Positions 49,995 through 61,090 of a stretch of DNA of 64,000 nt are shown here, in pieces. The notes beneath the pieces were generated by a model. The model did not search any database and had not been told where the DNA came from. It saw nothing but the letters and a program-made list of their open reading frames with translations. The translations under genes and the position numbers were made by a program. How positions within the stretch are numbered: position 1 is the stretch's first letter; each line of letters opens with the position of its first letter. The DNA comes from Alloascoidea hylecoeti (lineage: Eukaryota): contig BCKZ01000027.1 in NCBI GenBank assembly GCA_001600815.1, positions 1 to 64,000 of the forward strand, written 5' to 3'.

Positions 49995-52128
49995 TGTAAA
50001 TGGATATATCTTTTATTCCAAGTTATCGATATTGAGAAACAGAGGAATTCTATCACTTTATACAGAACAACAGATAAAATAATTTCACAATTGAAAGGCT
50101 ATTGATTACAGAACATTAACTGCAAGCGCTTCATAATTTCTAATATAAGATATCATAGAAGCCAATAAAGCGAAACTACAGAATCGCCAAGAAATTCCAT
50201 AATTTAGTTTACTAATCATCACTATAATAGACTACTACAAGGGAACTCCGTGATTGGAAGCATATGATTATTCCATATAATTTATTTGTATGCCTCGATT
50301 CGGCTCTGCTAATTATATAATAGAATACTTTTATTTGACGAATTAATTATAATAATTATCTATCCTTAATATAAGTCTTATATAAGCTTTCTATTAATTC
50401 TACACCATCACTGGAAATTTACTATCATAATCAGATTATAAAGTGAGTTTGAGCCTATATTACGAATATCAATTAATAGATATATCAAGCACAGGTTAAA
50501 CAACTCTTTTAAGTCTTGTTCCTAACCATTTAGTGAAGATTGGAACTTTTCGAGTCTACGGCCTGAAATAGAATCAATTAGCGCTATCTCTAAAATCTTC
50601 GATGGGGAATATCTCAAGTAGCAGGATGATTATGAATTGATGGTTCATAGGTCTTCGTTTTGAAATATCTAGCATCTTTCATTATTATTATTTTGTAATT
50701 TTTTTTATTCAAATTCTTCGATTTTTAGTCAAATATATTATATGTGTTTATATGATTATATTGAGGAGGCTCAGGTAGGATTATGTATTTAAACTATGCG
50801 TATAGTCTTAGCAACCCAAAATAGCCATCACCATAGACAATAAAAATGGAGTATTTGGTAGTCAGTACTAGTGGGAAAAATGTCTTCAGAAACCCATTGA
50901 CAACCAAATCATGAAATCCTAGTTGCATCCATTAAACATTTGAAAGAAACCAGTTGAAATATCAATCACGTTTAAATTCCAGAGCTTCTCATTTGAAATA
51001 AATATGCTTTCAAGTATGAAAATTAATTAAAAGTTAATTCGACCAATTTCAATATCATTATTAAGGAGAATACTTCTTTATTCCACAGTCCTCCACATTT
51101 GTACTGTGAGGCTTGCGTGTTGGATCCGAAGGCAACTTTTCTTGTTTAATATGCAAATGATTTTGGTTTACCGAGGTATATTGATGGAGATTCTTATGTT
51201 TGTTAATTGACCATGGCCGCGCTGTACGAGAATTAGAGTATCTTCTCAAACTTGACCTTATCCTAAATTCCAAATTTAAAGGACAATAGCTAGAAAAGAT
51301 TTCTGCATTACATTTGCACATGCATATACCGTTCACTTGCCTAATTAAGTGATAACACTGTATTTGTGGACTTGTAGATATTTACTTTAACAAGGCTGGA
51401 AATATCAATGAGGTGTGATGAGTGTGTGACGTATTCACAAAAGACAATTGTCTCCAATTCGGGCATCATCTCTTCCAGTGGATTGTCGGAAAACCCAAGA
51501 GGCAGAGGAAACCATGACCAAAACGGAATGCTGGGCAAATTGTGTTGTCAATTTGTCACCCAAACGTTTTAAGGAACGTGAAGAGTTTCAACAAACCAGA
51601 CTTGAACCGGGAACCCCCGAAGGTTATTATAGTAAGAACTCCAGTCTGAGCATTGATCAATTATGAATTCCAACGTCTATATATAACACTAAATAAATGG
51701 ACCGATTGGGGCACTAAATAATTGAATTGATGTAGTAAGAGCGCTTAAGAAATAGACGTCGGTGAGCACTGAACCAGTAGGCTGAACTTACAATCAATAT
51801 GAATAAAAATTGGACCATGATTTAATTATATGTTTAACCCATTTGTTGTAGTTCGTGCAGTCCATTTTCTTTGTGTTCATCGCGCTCCGATATATTTACA
51901 GCACCAGTCCCCAAATTTATATATTTATTGCTAGCTACAGGCCTTATATTCTCTTGTTGTTATCACCTTATTAATTACAAAGATCTTCCAATTATAAACC
52001 TTTCAATTTAAATTTTTCGCATATAACTGATTCCATTATTTAATGCAGTTGCAATATTAATAGCACATGAACCTTATAATTTAATACTATCGTATACTTT
52101 TTTATTAATAAAGAAAGAAGACTACATT

Positions 52129-52225
52129 GAAAATGAAGAACTCTCTCGAACGCCTATTGCATAGTACTATCACGACTCTTTTCTGTTCTTTGCTGAAATG
52201 TTGAAGATCAAAGATATCACTTGTA
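52129..52225 (+). repeat. Dispersed degenerate repeat, copy B
   Basis: See 29618-29722. Confidence 0.75.
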
Positions 52226-52466
52226 TAGGCCTAGACCAAAAACTTGATATACTGAATTCTCTATTCAAAAATCTACTATAGGCATATAACTAGTTTAAAT
52301 AAAGATCAAAACTTTATTAACGAATTAAACGGTATATCCCGTAAGTTCTGTATGTTTTCACCCGGGCTTGAGACTCCCACGACAATATGCACTTGAACTT
52401 GACATACAACTAATTAATGAAGCTTCAATATATCAATTTATATCTCTTCTTTTTTTTAAAAGAAAG

Positions 52467-53456
52467 ATGATAATTACAACCACAGATCCAACATCTTTAT
52501 GTGCATCTTCAGATATAATCATTGATACTAATTATAAATTGAAAGGTTTAACATTTTTAATACTTCATTATGACTCACTTTTTAATTCCTTGGTTGACTC
52601 TAGTTGCAAAAATAACTTACAATTGCAATCTAATAGTTTGGATTTGAAAGTATTACATGAAAATATTGTAAGATATTTAAATAATGGTTATGATATTCCT
52701 AGATTTAAATATGGGATTGTTAAAGATTCAAGATTTGAAAATACTGAATTATTTAAAAATGAATTTTTGAGTACTGTTAAAAGTGTTAATGATAGTGATC
52801 AGAAAAAATCTATCATTACCTTAGGTATTCTTATGAGATCGGATTTATTTGAGTCGGCAAAAGAGAGCTTAAGTTTAGATCCCGATCCCTCATTAATACA
52901 AGCTCAATATCAAAAAGGTCAGTCGGAAGATCGAATAATTTCAAATCGAATAAAATCGGTAAATATTAAATCCTATAATATTACTATTATTGATGATTAT
53001 AAGTTTCCAATGAATAAATGGTTTATAGATATTTTAAAGAATCTGAATGAATATCCGGTAATTGGATTGGTTGGCTTAAAGCCGGTTGCTCATGCTAGTA
53101 ATGCTGAATCCGATAAGAGTCTTTATAACGAAAAAATACAGCATTTAGCAGAGTTAACAACTTTTACAGTTCAACCCGAATTTTCTAGATCTGGATATGG
53201 ATCGATTTTACTTTCATTAATTGAAAAACATGCTTCTGAAGATTTGAAAATCAGAAAGATGGTAGGTCGTATAATAAAAGAACACGAAGTACTTCCATTT
53301 TATGAAAAGCAAAGTTATAAGATAATTAATAGTGTTATTATTAAATCTCAATTACAGCCAGTTGAATTATCGGATAAGGATGCAAATGAAACAAAGAAAC
53401 GAATTATCCCTGCTTTAAAGGATTTCACTCTGGTTGATGTTGAAAAGCTTCTATGA
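52467..53456 (+). CDS. GNAT-family N-acetyltransferase
   Basis: ATG 52467. C-terminal acetyl-CoA motif FTVQPEFSRSGYGSILL and LPFYEKQSY. Confidence 0.8.
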   Translation: MIITTTDPTSLCASSDIIIDTNYKLKGLTFLILHYDSLFNSLVDSSCKNNLQLQSNSLDLKVLHENIVRYLNNGYDIPRFKYGIVKDSRFENTELFKNEFLSTVKSVNDSDQKKSIITLGILMRSDLFESAKESLSLDPDPSLIQAQYQKGQSEDRIISNRIKSVNIKSYNITIIDDYKFPMNKWFIDILKNLNEYPVIGLVGLKPVAHASNAESDKSLYNEKIQHLAELTTFTVQPEFSRSGYGSILLSLIEKHASEDLKIRKMVGRIIKEHEVLPFYEKQSYKIINSVIIKSQLQPVELSDKDANETKKRIIPALKDFTLVDVEKLL

Positions 53457-54929
53457 TTTTACAATCGGATTCGGAATTAATATTTAAGTTACATCATGTA
53501 TATAATTATATATTCATCTCCATTTCGAGAAGTTTTCCTCTTACTTATCACCAACTACTGGAATTCCATTGAGAAATTTTACCTTGTCTTTTTTGCCGTT
53601 TATTAATTGTTTTATTTTGTTTATTAAAAGGCTTTGGTTGTTTAAGTGTAGGAATTGAACTATTTGTTGATCGCCCCAAGAATTTTCCATCTAGCATATA
53701 TATATGTTTCTGGATATTTTTTGTTTTCAATCATTCCGGCCTTCAAAATGTCTAGTTTTCCATAAAATTATTTCGATTCATATTTATTTGAAAATCCTCT
53801 TGCATATTCTTCATCGAGCTTAAATAAGTTTAGTTTGTTTTCCCTTTTGCTGTTCAGTTAAATTCATATTACTGACTACTGTTTTATATTAGTTAAATTG
53901 ATAAACTAAAGTAATTTCAAATAATGATAATAAATTATATGCCCAATTTATGATCATAACCTTTTTAATTGTTATATCCTTGAAGAATTGGTTAACAGAC
54001 CCTTAATTTTTTTGTTTTTGCGTCGAGTTTACCATCTCATTGAACTATCTATGATCATATATATAGAAACAGATACTACTATGTTTAATCTGAATTTTGA
54101 ACCCATTTACGTATGAAATTATAAAAGAAGAACTCGTTTGTTACAGTCTTAAGTATAAAGTTTTTATAAAATTTGTTAATGGATGTATATCTTTGTATGT
54201 TGATAGTAATATTATAACCTTATATATTAGCTAGATCATATGCCATATGTGAATGGGTACCAGTTAGATTTCAATATCATTATAATATGCCTCCTCCGTA
54301 GTAAAAAAACACTGATATTCGATTAACATTGGCTACTCCAACTTTTCTTAATGGTATTAATGAATTCAAATCAGTGAAATATCTTGATATCATAGGAGTA
54401 CCAGTTATTCGGTATAACACAAATATAAGAATTTGGTATACCTATAAATTGTCAATTATATATAATTTTACAAAAACGCTTTATACAGTTAGATTAAATA
54501 TTAGTTATAATATTACATAGTAGTTTCAGTGAAATTTGATGATTGCACAGTTTCTAATATCTCATGTATTATAATCGATGTTATGATAAATTATGTCGTG
54601 TGGCCACTGGCCAGATTATAATTAAGGTGTAAGAAATATAATGGAAGAGATACGAGTAGCTCGAGACCTAGAGTATCAGTTAACACCCGAGGCTCAGTCG
54701 CAGCCTTTCATTCAGAAGAGGCTGTAAGCTTCAATATGTAAGCTTCAAATTTGACAAAAATATTGTTTACAAAATTTTGCAGATCGTTTTGGTATTAGAG
54801 ACAACTATAAAACCATTAAATTTTTTCTTTTAAACCGATATTTAAACCCGTAATCCGTTAAACGAGACCACCGGTACAGCTGCAAGGATCGTATGGCCCG
54901 GACAACATTAGAGAAGAATTGTCAGCCTT

Positions 54930-54962
54930 GGGCTTAAAAAGGGCCTAAAAAGGGCTTAAAAA
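54930..54962. repeat. 3 x 11-bp tandem repeat GGGCYTAAAAA
   Basis: gggcttaaaaa gggcctaaaaa gggcttaaaaa. Confidence 0.85.
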
Positions 54963-55916
54963 ATGATATCCCTTAAAAACATGTTTCTCAATTCATGTTG
55001 AAATTTGAAATGGATCGGATTTACATTGTGTTTGGAATATCGTACACTTTGTTACTAAAATGGTGATCCAATTACAATTGCCATATTTCCAGATGTGGTA
55101 ATTGGCAACGGTCTCTGTAATATTATCTCAACCCATAGCAATGACAAAAAAATTCATTGGATGAGGATCTACATGAAATGCACATAATAAATATTAATGA
55201 AAAACTTCGGAGAAAATTTTCATTCATTTATGCATTTTTAATGAATGCACCTACATTATATTAGAGCAGTTGAGGATTAAATCCTTTTTGGATTAATCTG
55301 TTTTGCGGGTTCCTAAAGATGGGGTGGAAAATAAAAGCATTCCACTAGTTGCTTTAGTTATAGCTAAGTATCTCCGGACATTAAACCGTTTTCCTATAGG
55401 TTAGTTTAGTATCAGACGATTTGATTCATAATTGGATTCAGGGACTAGCATTCACTTTTCCCATTAAATAATATTTAAAATCTGTATAGGTCTTAGCCCT
55501 CCATAGCCAATTGTAAAGCTTTATGTATTTTAAGCAAAATATTACGTATTTTGAATAATTGAAACTCTTGCCAATGAATGAAAACTTTTATATTTATAAT
55601 CAATTAGAAAGCTCCGATCGCGAATCAAATTTCTAAACGGGTCCTTACCGCCTTCAGCTTATAATTAATAGATTTTTCAGTTCTTTCATAATAAGCTAGA
55701 CCTTATATAAAACAAAAAAATTGATGACAATTATATTAGCCGAACATCTGTAAATCATGCAAATCATTAAAAATCGAAAAAAAAAAACTGTTCATTAATT
55801 AATCATATATAAGAACAAATTTTTTTTCCTCATATATAATAGACGATCCCCCCCATTTTCTCATTTCTCTTCCTTTTTTATTCCTTCCTACCCTATACAT
55901 CAAACAAAGTAACAAA

Positions 55917-56508
55917 ATGTCTACCGAAGAACACCATGAAGAAGAAGTAAGTTTTATTTTATGCAGTTGGTTTCAACTCTATTTCAAACATAGACAAACC
56001 TATTCTATGATTTTCCGTTATATTTAATACTAATGATTATCAATTGAAATAGCACCATTTCGAAACCGCCAATGCTGGTGCTTCATTAACTTATCCAATG
56101 CAATGTTCTTCCCTTAGAAAGAATGGATTTGTTGTTATTAAAAACAGACCATGTAAAATTGTTGATATGTCTACATCCAAAACTGGTAAGCATGGACATG
56201 CTAAAGTTCATTTGGTTGCCCTTGATATCTTTACTGGTAAGAAATTAGAAGATTTATCTCCATCAACACATAATTTGGAAGTTCCAAATGTTAGAAGAAT
56301 TGAATATACTTTATTGGATATTGATGATGGATATTTGAATTTATTCACCGCTGATGGTGAAACAAAAGATGATGTTAAGGCCCCTGAAGGTGATTTAGGT
56401 GAAAAATTACAAGCTGCTTTTGATGAAGGTAAAGATTTATTGGTTACTGTTATTTCTGCAATGAATGAAGAAGCTGCTATTTCTTTCAAAGAAGCTCCAA
56501 AGATCTAA
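55917..56508 (+). CDS. HYP2: Translation factor eIF5A; 2 exons
   Basis: Exon 1 55917-55946 ([10 protein letters not shown]), intron 55947-56052 (GTAAGT..TACTAAT..TAG), exon 2 [37 protein letters not shown] (hypusine site). Confidence 0.97.
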
Positions 56509-56866
56509 ATTTAAGTTTTTAATCTTTGAATAACTTTTTAATTTAATCATTTATATAACATTATCACATTTATACATATATATTTTCTCCTTTTGCCTTT
56601 TAAAACAAAAAAAATACCATTGAGTTAAAAGGCTTACAATTGTATTATTGATCATGAATTATAAATTATGTGTATTATTTACCATACTCAAATGTAGAGC
56701 TATTGTAAACTTAAACAAAGATAAAATTATAGATATATCTCGATGATACACTTCTACTATTGATTTATTTCATACATTTAAATTTTTTAGCAAATAAGTT
56801 TTAGATCAGAGATATAAAATTCAAATGTTTAGTTCTCATGGTTTAGGATATATTTTGTTACCGTTG

Positions 56867-56879
56867 TTCCTAATTAGGA
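56867..56879. promoter_or_regulatory. Strong Mcm1-type site in the convergent HYP2/MCM1 interval
   Basis: TTCCTAATTAGGA, essentially the symmetric Mcm1 consensus. Confidence 0.4.
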
Positions 56880-58136
56880 GATTATGGGTGTATGGGTTTA
56901 ATTTGATCAAAAAAAAAAAGGAAATTCAGATGAAAAACTCTCTAATAATTGTAAAAGAAGAAGATACTAAGGGTACCTTGATTTGAATATTTAAGAATAT
57001 AGTAAGCAATACATTCTTTAAATAAATTCTACGTAGTTAAGATATAATTTATACTTATACATAATAAAAGTAGTGTTTCAAAATTTCACCTTACAAAGTT
57101 ACGACGTGTAATCGATGACTAAGCATTTACTGTTTTTATTTGTGCTCCATGGACTTATAGTTAACGACGTCAGACTTGAAATTCATTTCAAAGAATTACG
57201 TCTTTACGCGTATAAAACGTTGAAGATGATATATCAGTAAACTATTGTATTCTACAAGAAATACCGAAGGATGAATTAAAAGAAATAAGTATGGAAAGTT
57301 GAGCTAATGATAAACAAATTGTTTCGATTGTGGGGCCAAAATTAAATTAAAAATGGCATAAGTGAACCTTATTTCAAATCCATATTAACACGTTATAACA
57401 ATTATGAAAAACACAAAAGCAGCAACTGTAAAAAAAAAAAAAAAAAATTTAGAAGTGTCTAGAATTTAATTGAGCAAAAAAAAAAGAATAATCAATAGAA
57501 AAATTATATAAAAATACACAAATAGAATACACAGTGAATAGATACTTCTATTACAAATACAATCACCATAATATAAATAATTGAAAAAATATCATTATAA
57601 TATTAAATTTCATTAGATGGTTAAACTAATATATACATTTCTATATATATTAGAAAAAATATATAAAAAGTAATAAGTTATACGCTATAAGCTATAAAGA
57701 GACACAAGTAAATATTAACATGAATAAACATAAAATAATTATATTCACCTATCATATCATATCATTAATAAATAAATATTAATAAATAATAAGATATGAT
57801 ATATATAACCAACCAACCGTTAAAAAAAGAACCAAGAATTAGAATTTTTTTAAAAAAAAAGTATTGTAAGGATTGAAAATTTTGAAGGAAAGATACTTCA
57901 CTCGATAGAAGAAATTATAAAATAGATAATCAAGTTTGTAAACGCAAGTAACATAAATAAAAGAGGTCAGAAAAAAATAAAATGAGTTTAAATAAGTGAT
58001 TTAACATAAACTATTAAATTATCACATTAAATCATAGTTTTTTTAAATCTTTTTAATTGGAATATAAATAGCAAGACATTATTGGTTTTAAATCAACATC
58101 AATTAACAAATATGATAAAAAGTACTAATATTTAAT

Positions 58137-58312
58137 TTAATGGGGTTGTTGTTGATAAAATCCTTGAGGGGGTGGATTTCCATAGTAAGGATAATTGGGA
58201 TCAAAACCAGGAGGCATCTCCATCCCAGGTTGTTGTTGTCGAGGACTTACACCTGGATAAGCTTGACCATTACGAGCAGGAGGCAATTCTTGTGGTGGTT
58301 GACGCTGTTGTT

Positions 58313-58347
<35 letters not shown>

Positions 58348-58778
58348 TGTTGACGTTGTTGCTCTTGTTGTTGACGATATTGTTCCTCTTCACCATTTTC
58401 ATCATCAAGTGGATCTTCAGGAGCATTAAGACAAGCTTGAATTAGATTTTTGCCCTCAGGTTTAGTAATCAAAGGTTGTAATTTTGGAGTACTAAAAGTA
58501 TAAACAAGACCAGTTTCAGAAACAACTAATAATAAAACTTGTGTACCAGTTAAAACAGATAATTCATAAGCTTTTTTCATAATTCCAGCTTTTCTTTTCG
58601 AAAATGTAATATGACGACGTGATTTATCAGAAATAAAACGAATTTCAATTTTTCTTCTTTCACGTCCACTTATTCTATTTCCAGTTTCTTCTTCATCATC
58701 ATCTTCAGGGGTGTGTTCGAGTTTTGGTTGATTATCACCTAAGTTTGAGGATGATGGGTTTTCAGGTGCTGAAGACAT
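58137..58778 (-). CDS. MCM1: MADS-box (SRF-type) transcription factor
   Basis: ERRKIEIRFISDKSRRHITFSKRKAGIMKKAYELSVLTGTQVLLLVVSETGLVYTF, followed by acidic and polyQ tails. Confidence 0.97.
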
Positions 58779-58935
58779 CTAATAGAAAAGAAATCAAAAA
58801 ATAAGTTATTTAATATTCAATCTTCCGCATTTGGATCGTGTAGCACAAAAAATCTAACATACTTTTAAAATTCTGTAGGTGGATTGGGAAAGGAAATATG
58901 TATGTTCAATGCTAATGCAAAAACAGGAAACATAG

Positions 58936-58961
58936 CACGTGAGAGTATTTACACACGTGAT
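58936..58961 (-). promoter_or_regulatory. Twin TCACGTG E-boxes upstream of MCM1
   Basis: CACGTGA at 58936 and CACGTGAT at 58954, 18 bp apart. Confidence 0.5.
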
Positions 58962-59095
58962 GAATATTACACATATACGGATTACGGAACTTAAAATATA
59001 TTCCTCCTTTTTATTTATATTATTTTTTTTACATGACAAATGATAATTATAAATGATAAATGATAATATTAAAAAAAAAATTTAAGTGATAAATA

Positions 59096-61090
59096 TCACC
59101 AGTAATGATTTCCCTCTCCATACTTTTCCACAATATCGTGATAAATCTCCCAAGCATCTGGTCTTAATGGTTCAAGTGTTTTTGTAATTATTTCATGTGT
59201 ATCTTTACCTTCTTCAATTAATTTAAATTCTTGTTCGTGTAAATCAACTGCTGGTTTAAATCTTTTATAATCTTCTTGATATAATTTTGAACCACAAGCA
59301 CCTTCTAAAGTAAGATAACCATCAGAATCAAAACGTTTATTATTTTCATTTGATGGAATTGATTCACACATTTGTTTTGGAACCCATAATTTTGTATCAG
59401 GATCCCATAAATGCCCATTATATTCACCTGTTCTTGTATAACTATCATGACCATATTTCTTATCCATTATACGATTATATTCTTTTGGTATTAATGCTTT
59501 ATAACCTTCAAATAAAGTTCTTCTTAATGGAAGTACATCATCTAATATTAACCAATTCCAATTTTTACAGTTTACCGCAACTGAACTTTCCTTTTTATGA
59601 ACACCACCTTCATACAAATTATCCGGAGGATCACGATTTGATACAGATAATGCAGAAATATCAATATAAATCCCAGTTCTTATATCAATGATTCTTGCAT
59701 CAATGAAATTTTGTCCAGAACCTTGAGTAATATACCATGGATCAACTTCAAAATAAAATCTTGAAGTTCCAATAGCCGGATCTTCAATTAATATAGTTTT
59801 ATTAAAATGGCGCCCTAACCATGCTAAATCTTGAATTGGAATGTTAACATCAATATCTGAATCATAAGGTAAATTTAAACCATTAAAACTCCAGCCAATT
59901 AATGAACCCCAATTAACCCATGTAGCAATATCATAAGCCATACAAAATTGAAACCAAGCACGACTTAATCTATTAATAACATGATGACGTTCACGATTAG
60001 AAATAACTCTTTTAAAAAATGGATAAGCAAAATGATGAGCATGGGCATCATTATCACCATGAATTAAAGGAAATTTAAACCATTGTGGAGCATTATCAAC
60101 ATGAGCTAAAGAATATTTTAAAAAATTTTTAAAATCAGAATCAAGTTTTGATAATGTTTCACCTTTTTTTTCTCTATCAAAGAGTACATCTAACTCTTTT
60201 TGTGGATCCATTCTAAATCTTGATTCATCAACTTCAACCATTGTTTTTTTATCAGTTTCAATTTTAGATTTTTTAAGTTCAGATATATAATCTGGAAATT
60301 TTTTACTGTATGATTCTTTTAAATCTAATATTTCTTGTTTTATATCAATACGATCAGTTTTTGATAATTTTTTACCAGTTGATTTTTCATAAATTTTTTT
60401 TAAACCTGAACGACCTAAAAGTTTCTTTCCTTTTACAGGAAATATAAAGAATTTTTCTTCTGTTAAATACAATATTCTTTCAGGTATTGGTCTACAACAG
60501 TATAATGAAGCAGCGCCTCTTAATGCTTTAACTTTTGCATGTTCACGGTCACTTGGGTCATGTTCGATGAAACTTCCTAGTTCCGAATCGGTCACATAAT
60601 CATTATCACTTTTATCATGATCTGGATCTAGAGCGTCAGCTTCATTTTCACTGAAGTAAGCGAGAGCATTTTTTTTGGTTGTTTTCCTATATGATCGGAA
60701 AAATGCATCGACATTTCTTAAGTCGCTCCAATCATCCCAGTGAAAGTCTATACCGAATTTATCGGGGTTTTCGTGGTCGTTCTCGTTAACCTCTGCAGGA
60801 GAGTCGATGAACGAGCGTAGGTTGGCGATGTAAGCACCTATGGGTAGATAGGGGTCAAACAGGTCCTGGCGTTGAGCCATTTTGTTGACGACCGGTATGA
60901 ACTGTTCTTGTGTCAAGGTTTCTTCATTTAGGGACACATAGCTTTCGATATCTCGCTGATGTTGAAGGAGAGAGACGTAACTTGTACAGGAAGAGGATAT
61001 GATGGCGAGGGTGATGGCGGCGAGGACGAAGACCAGCCACAGTATTATGAGCGTCCCACGCCTAGAGATGGATGCAAGCAGCCTGGACAT
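59096..61090 (-). CDS. LicD/fukutin-family mannosylphosphorylation protein (Mnn4/Mnn14-like), type II membrane
   Basis: ATG 61090. N-terminal TM, FHWDDWSDL, GSLIGWSFNGLNLPYDSDIDV, NFIDARIIDIRTGIYIDISAL. Confidence 0.9.
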   Translation of the reverse strand: MSRLLASISRRGTLIILWLVFVLAAITLAIISSSCTSYVSLLQHQRDIESYVSLNEETLTQEQFIPVVNKMAQRQDLFDPYLPIGAYIANLRSFIDSPAEVNENDHENPDKFGIDFHWDDWSDLRNVDAFFRSYRKTTKKNALAYFSENEADALDPDHDKSDNDYVTDSELGSFIEHDPSDREHAKVKALRGAASLYCCRPIPERILYLTEEKFFIFPVKGKKLLGRSGLKKIYEKSTGKKLSKTDRIDIKQEILDLKESYSKKFPDYISELKKSKIETDKKTMVEVDESRFRMDPQKELDVLFDREKKGETLSKLDSDFKNFLKYSLAHVDNAPQWFKFPLIHGDNDAHAHHFAYPFFKRVISNRERHHVINRLSRAWFQFCMAYDIATWVNWGSLIGWSFNGLNLPYDSDIDVNIPIQDLAWLGRHFNKTILIEDPAIGTSRFYFEVDPWYITQGSGQNFIDARIIDIRTGIYIDISALSVSNRDPPDNLYEGGVHKKESSVAVNCKNWNWLILDDVLPLRRTLFEGYKALIPKEYNRIMDKKYGHDSYTRTGEYNGHLWDPDTKLWVPKQMCESIPSNENNKRFDSDGYLTLEGACGSKLYQEDYKRFKPAVDLHEQEFKLIEEGKDTHEIITKTLEPLRPDAWEIYHDIVEKYGEGNHYW

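Noticed and set aside
51061..51666. Three short ORFs in a GC-richer patch
   Set aside because: Possibly a TE or gene relic, but no motif recognised; non-ATG starts.
54880..54920. U6 snRNA-like words (GCAAGGAT, ATGGCCC, AGAGAAGA)
   Set aside because: Wrong order and no ACAGAGA box; coincidence.
58140..58445. PolyL and polyA/V ORFs
   Set aside because: Antisense frames of the MCM1 polyQ tract.
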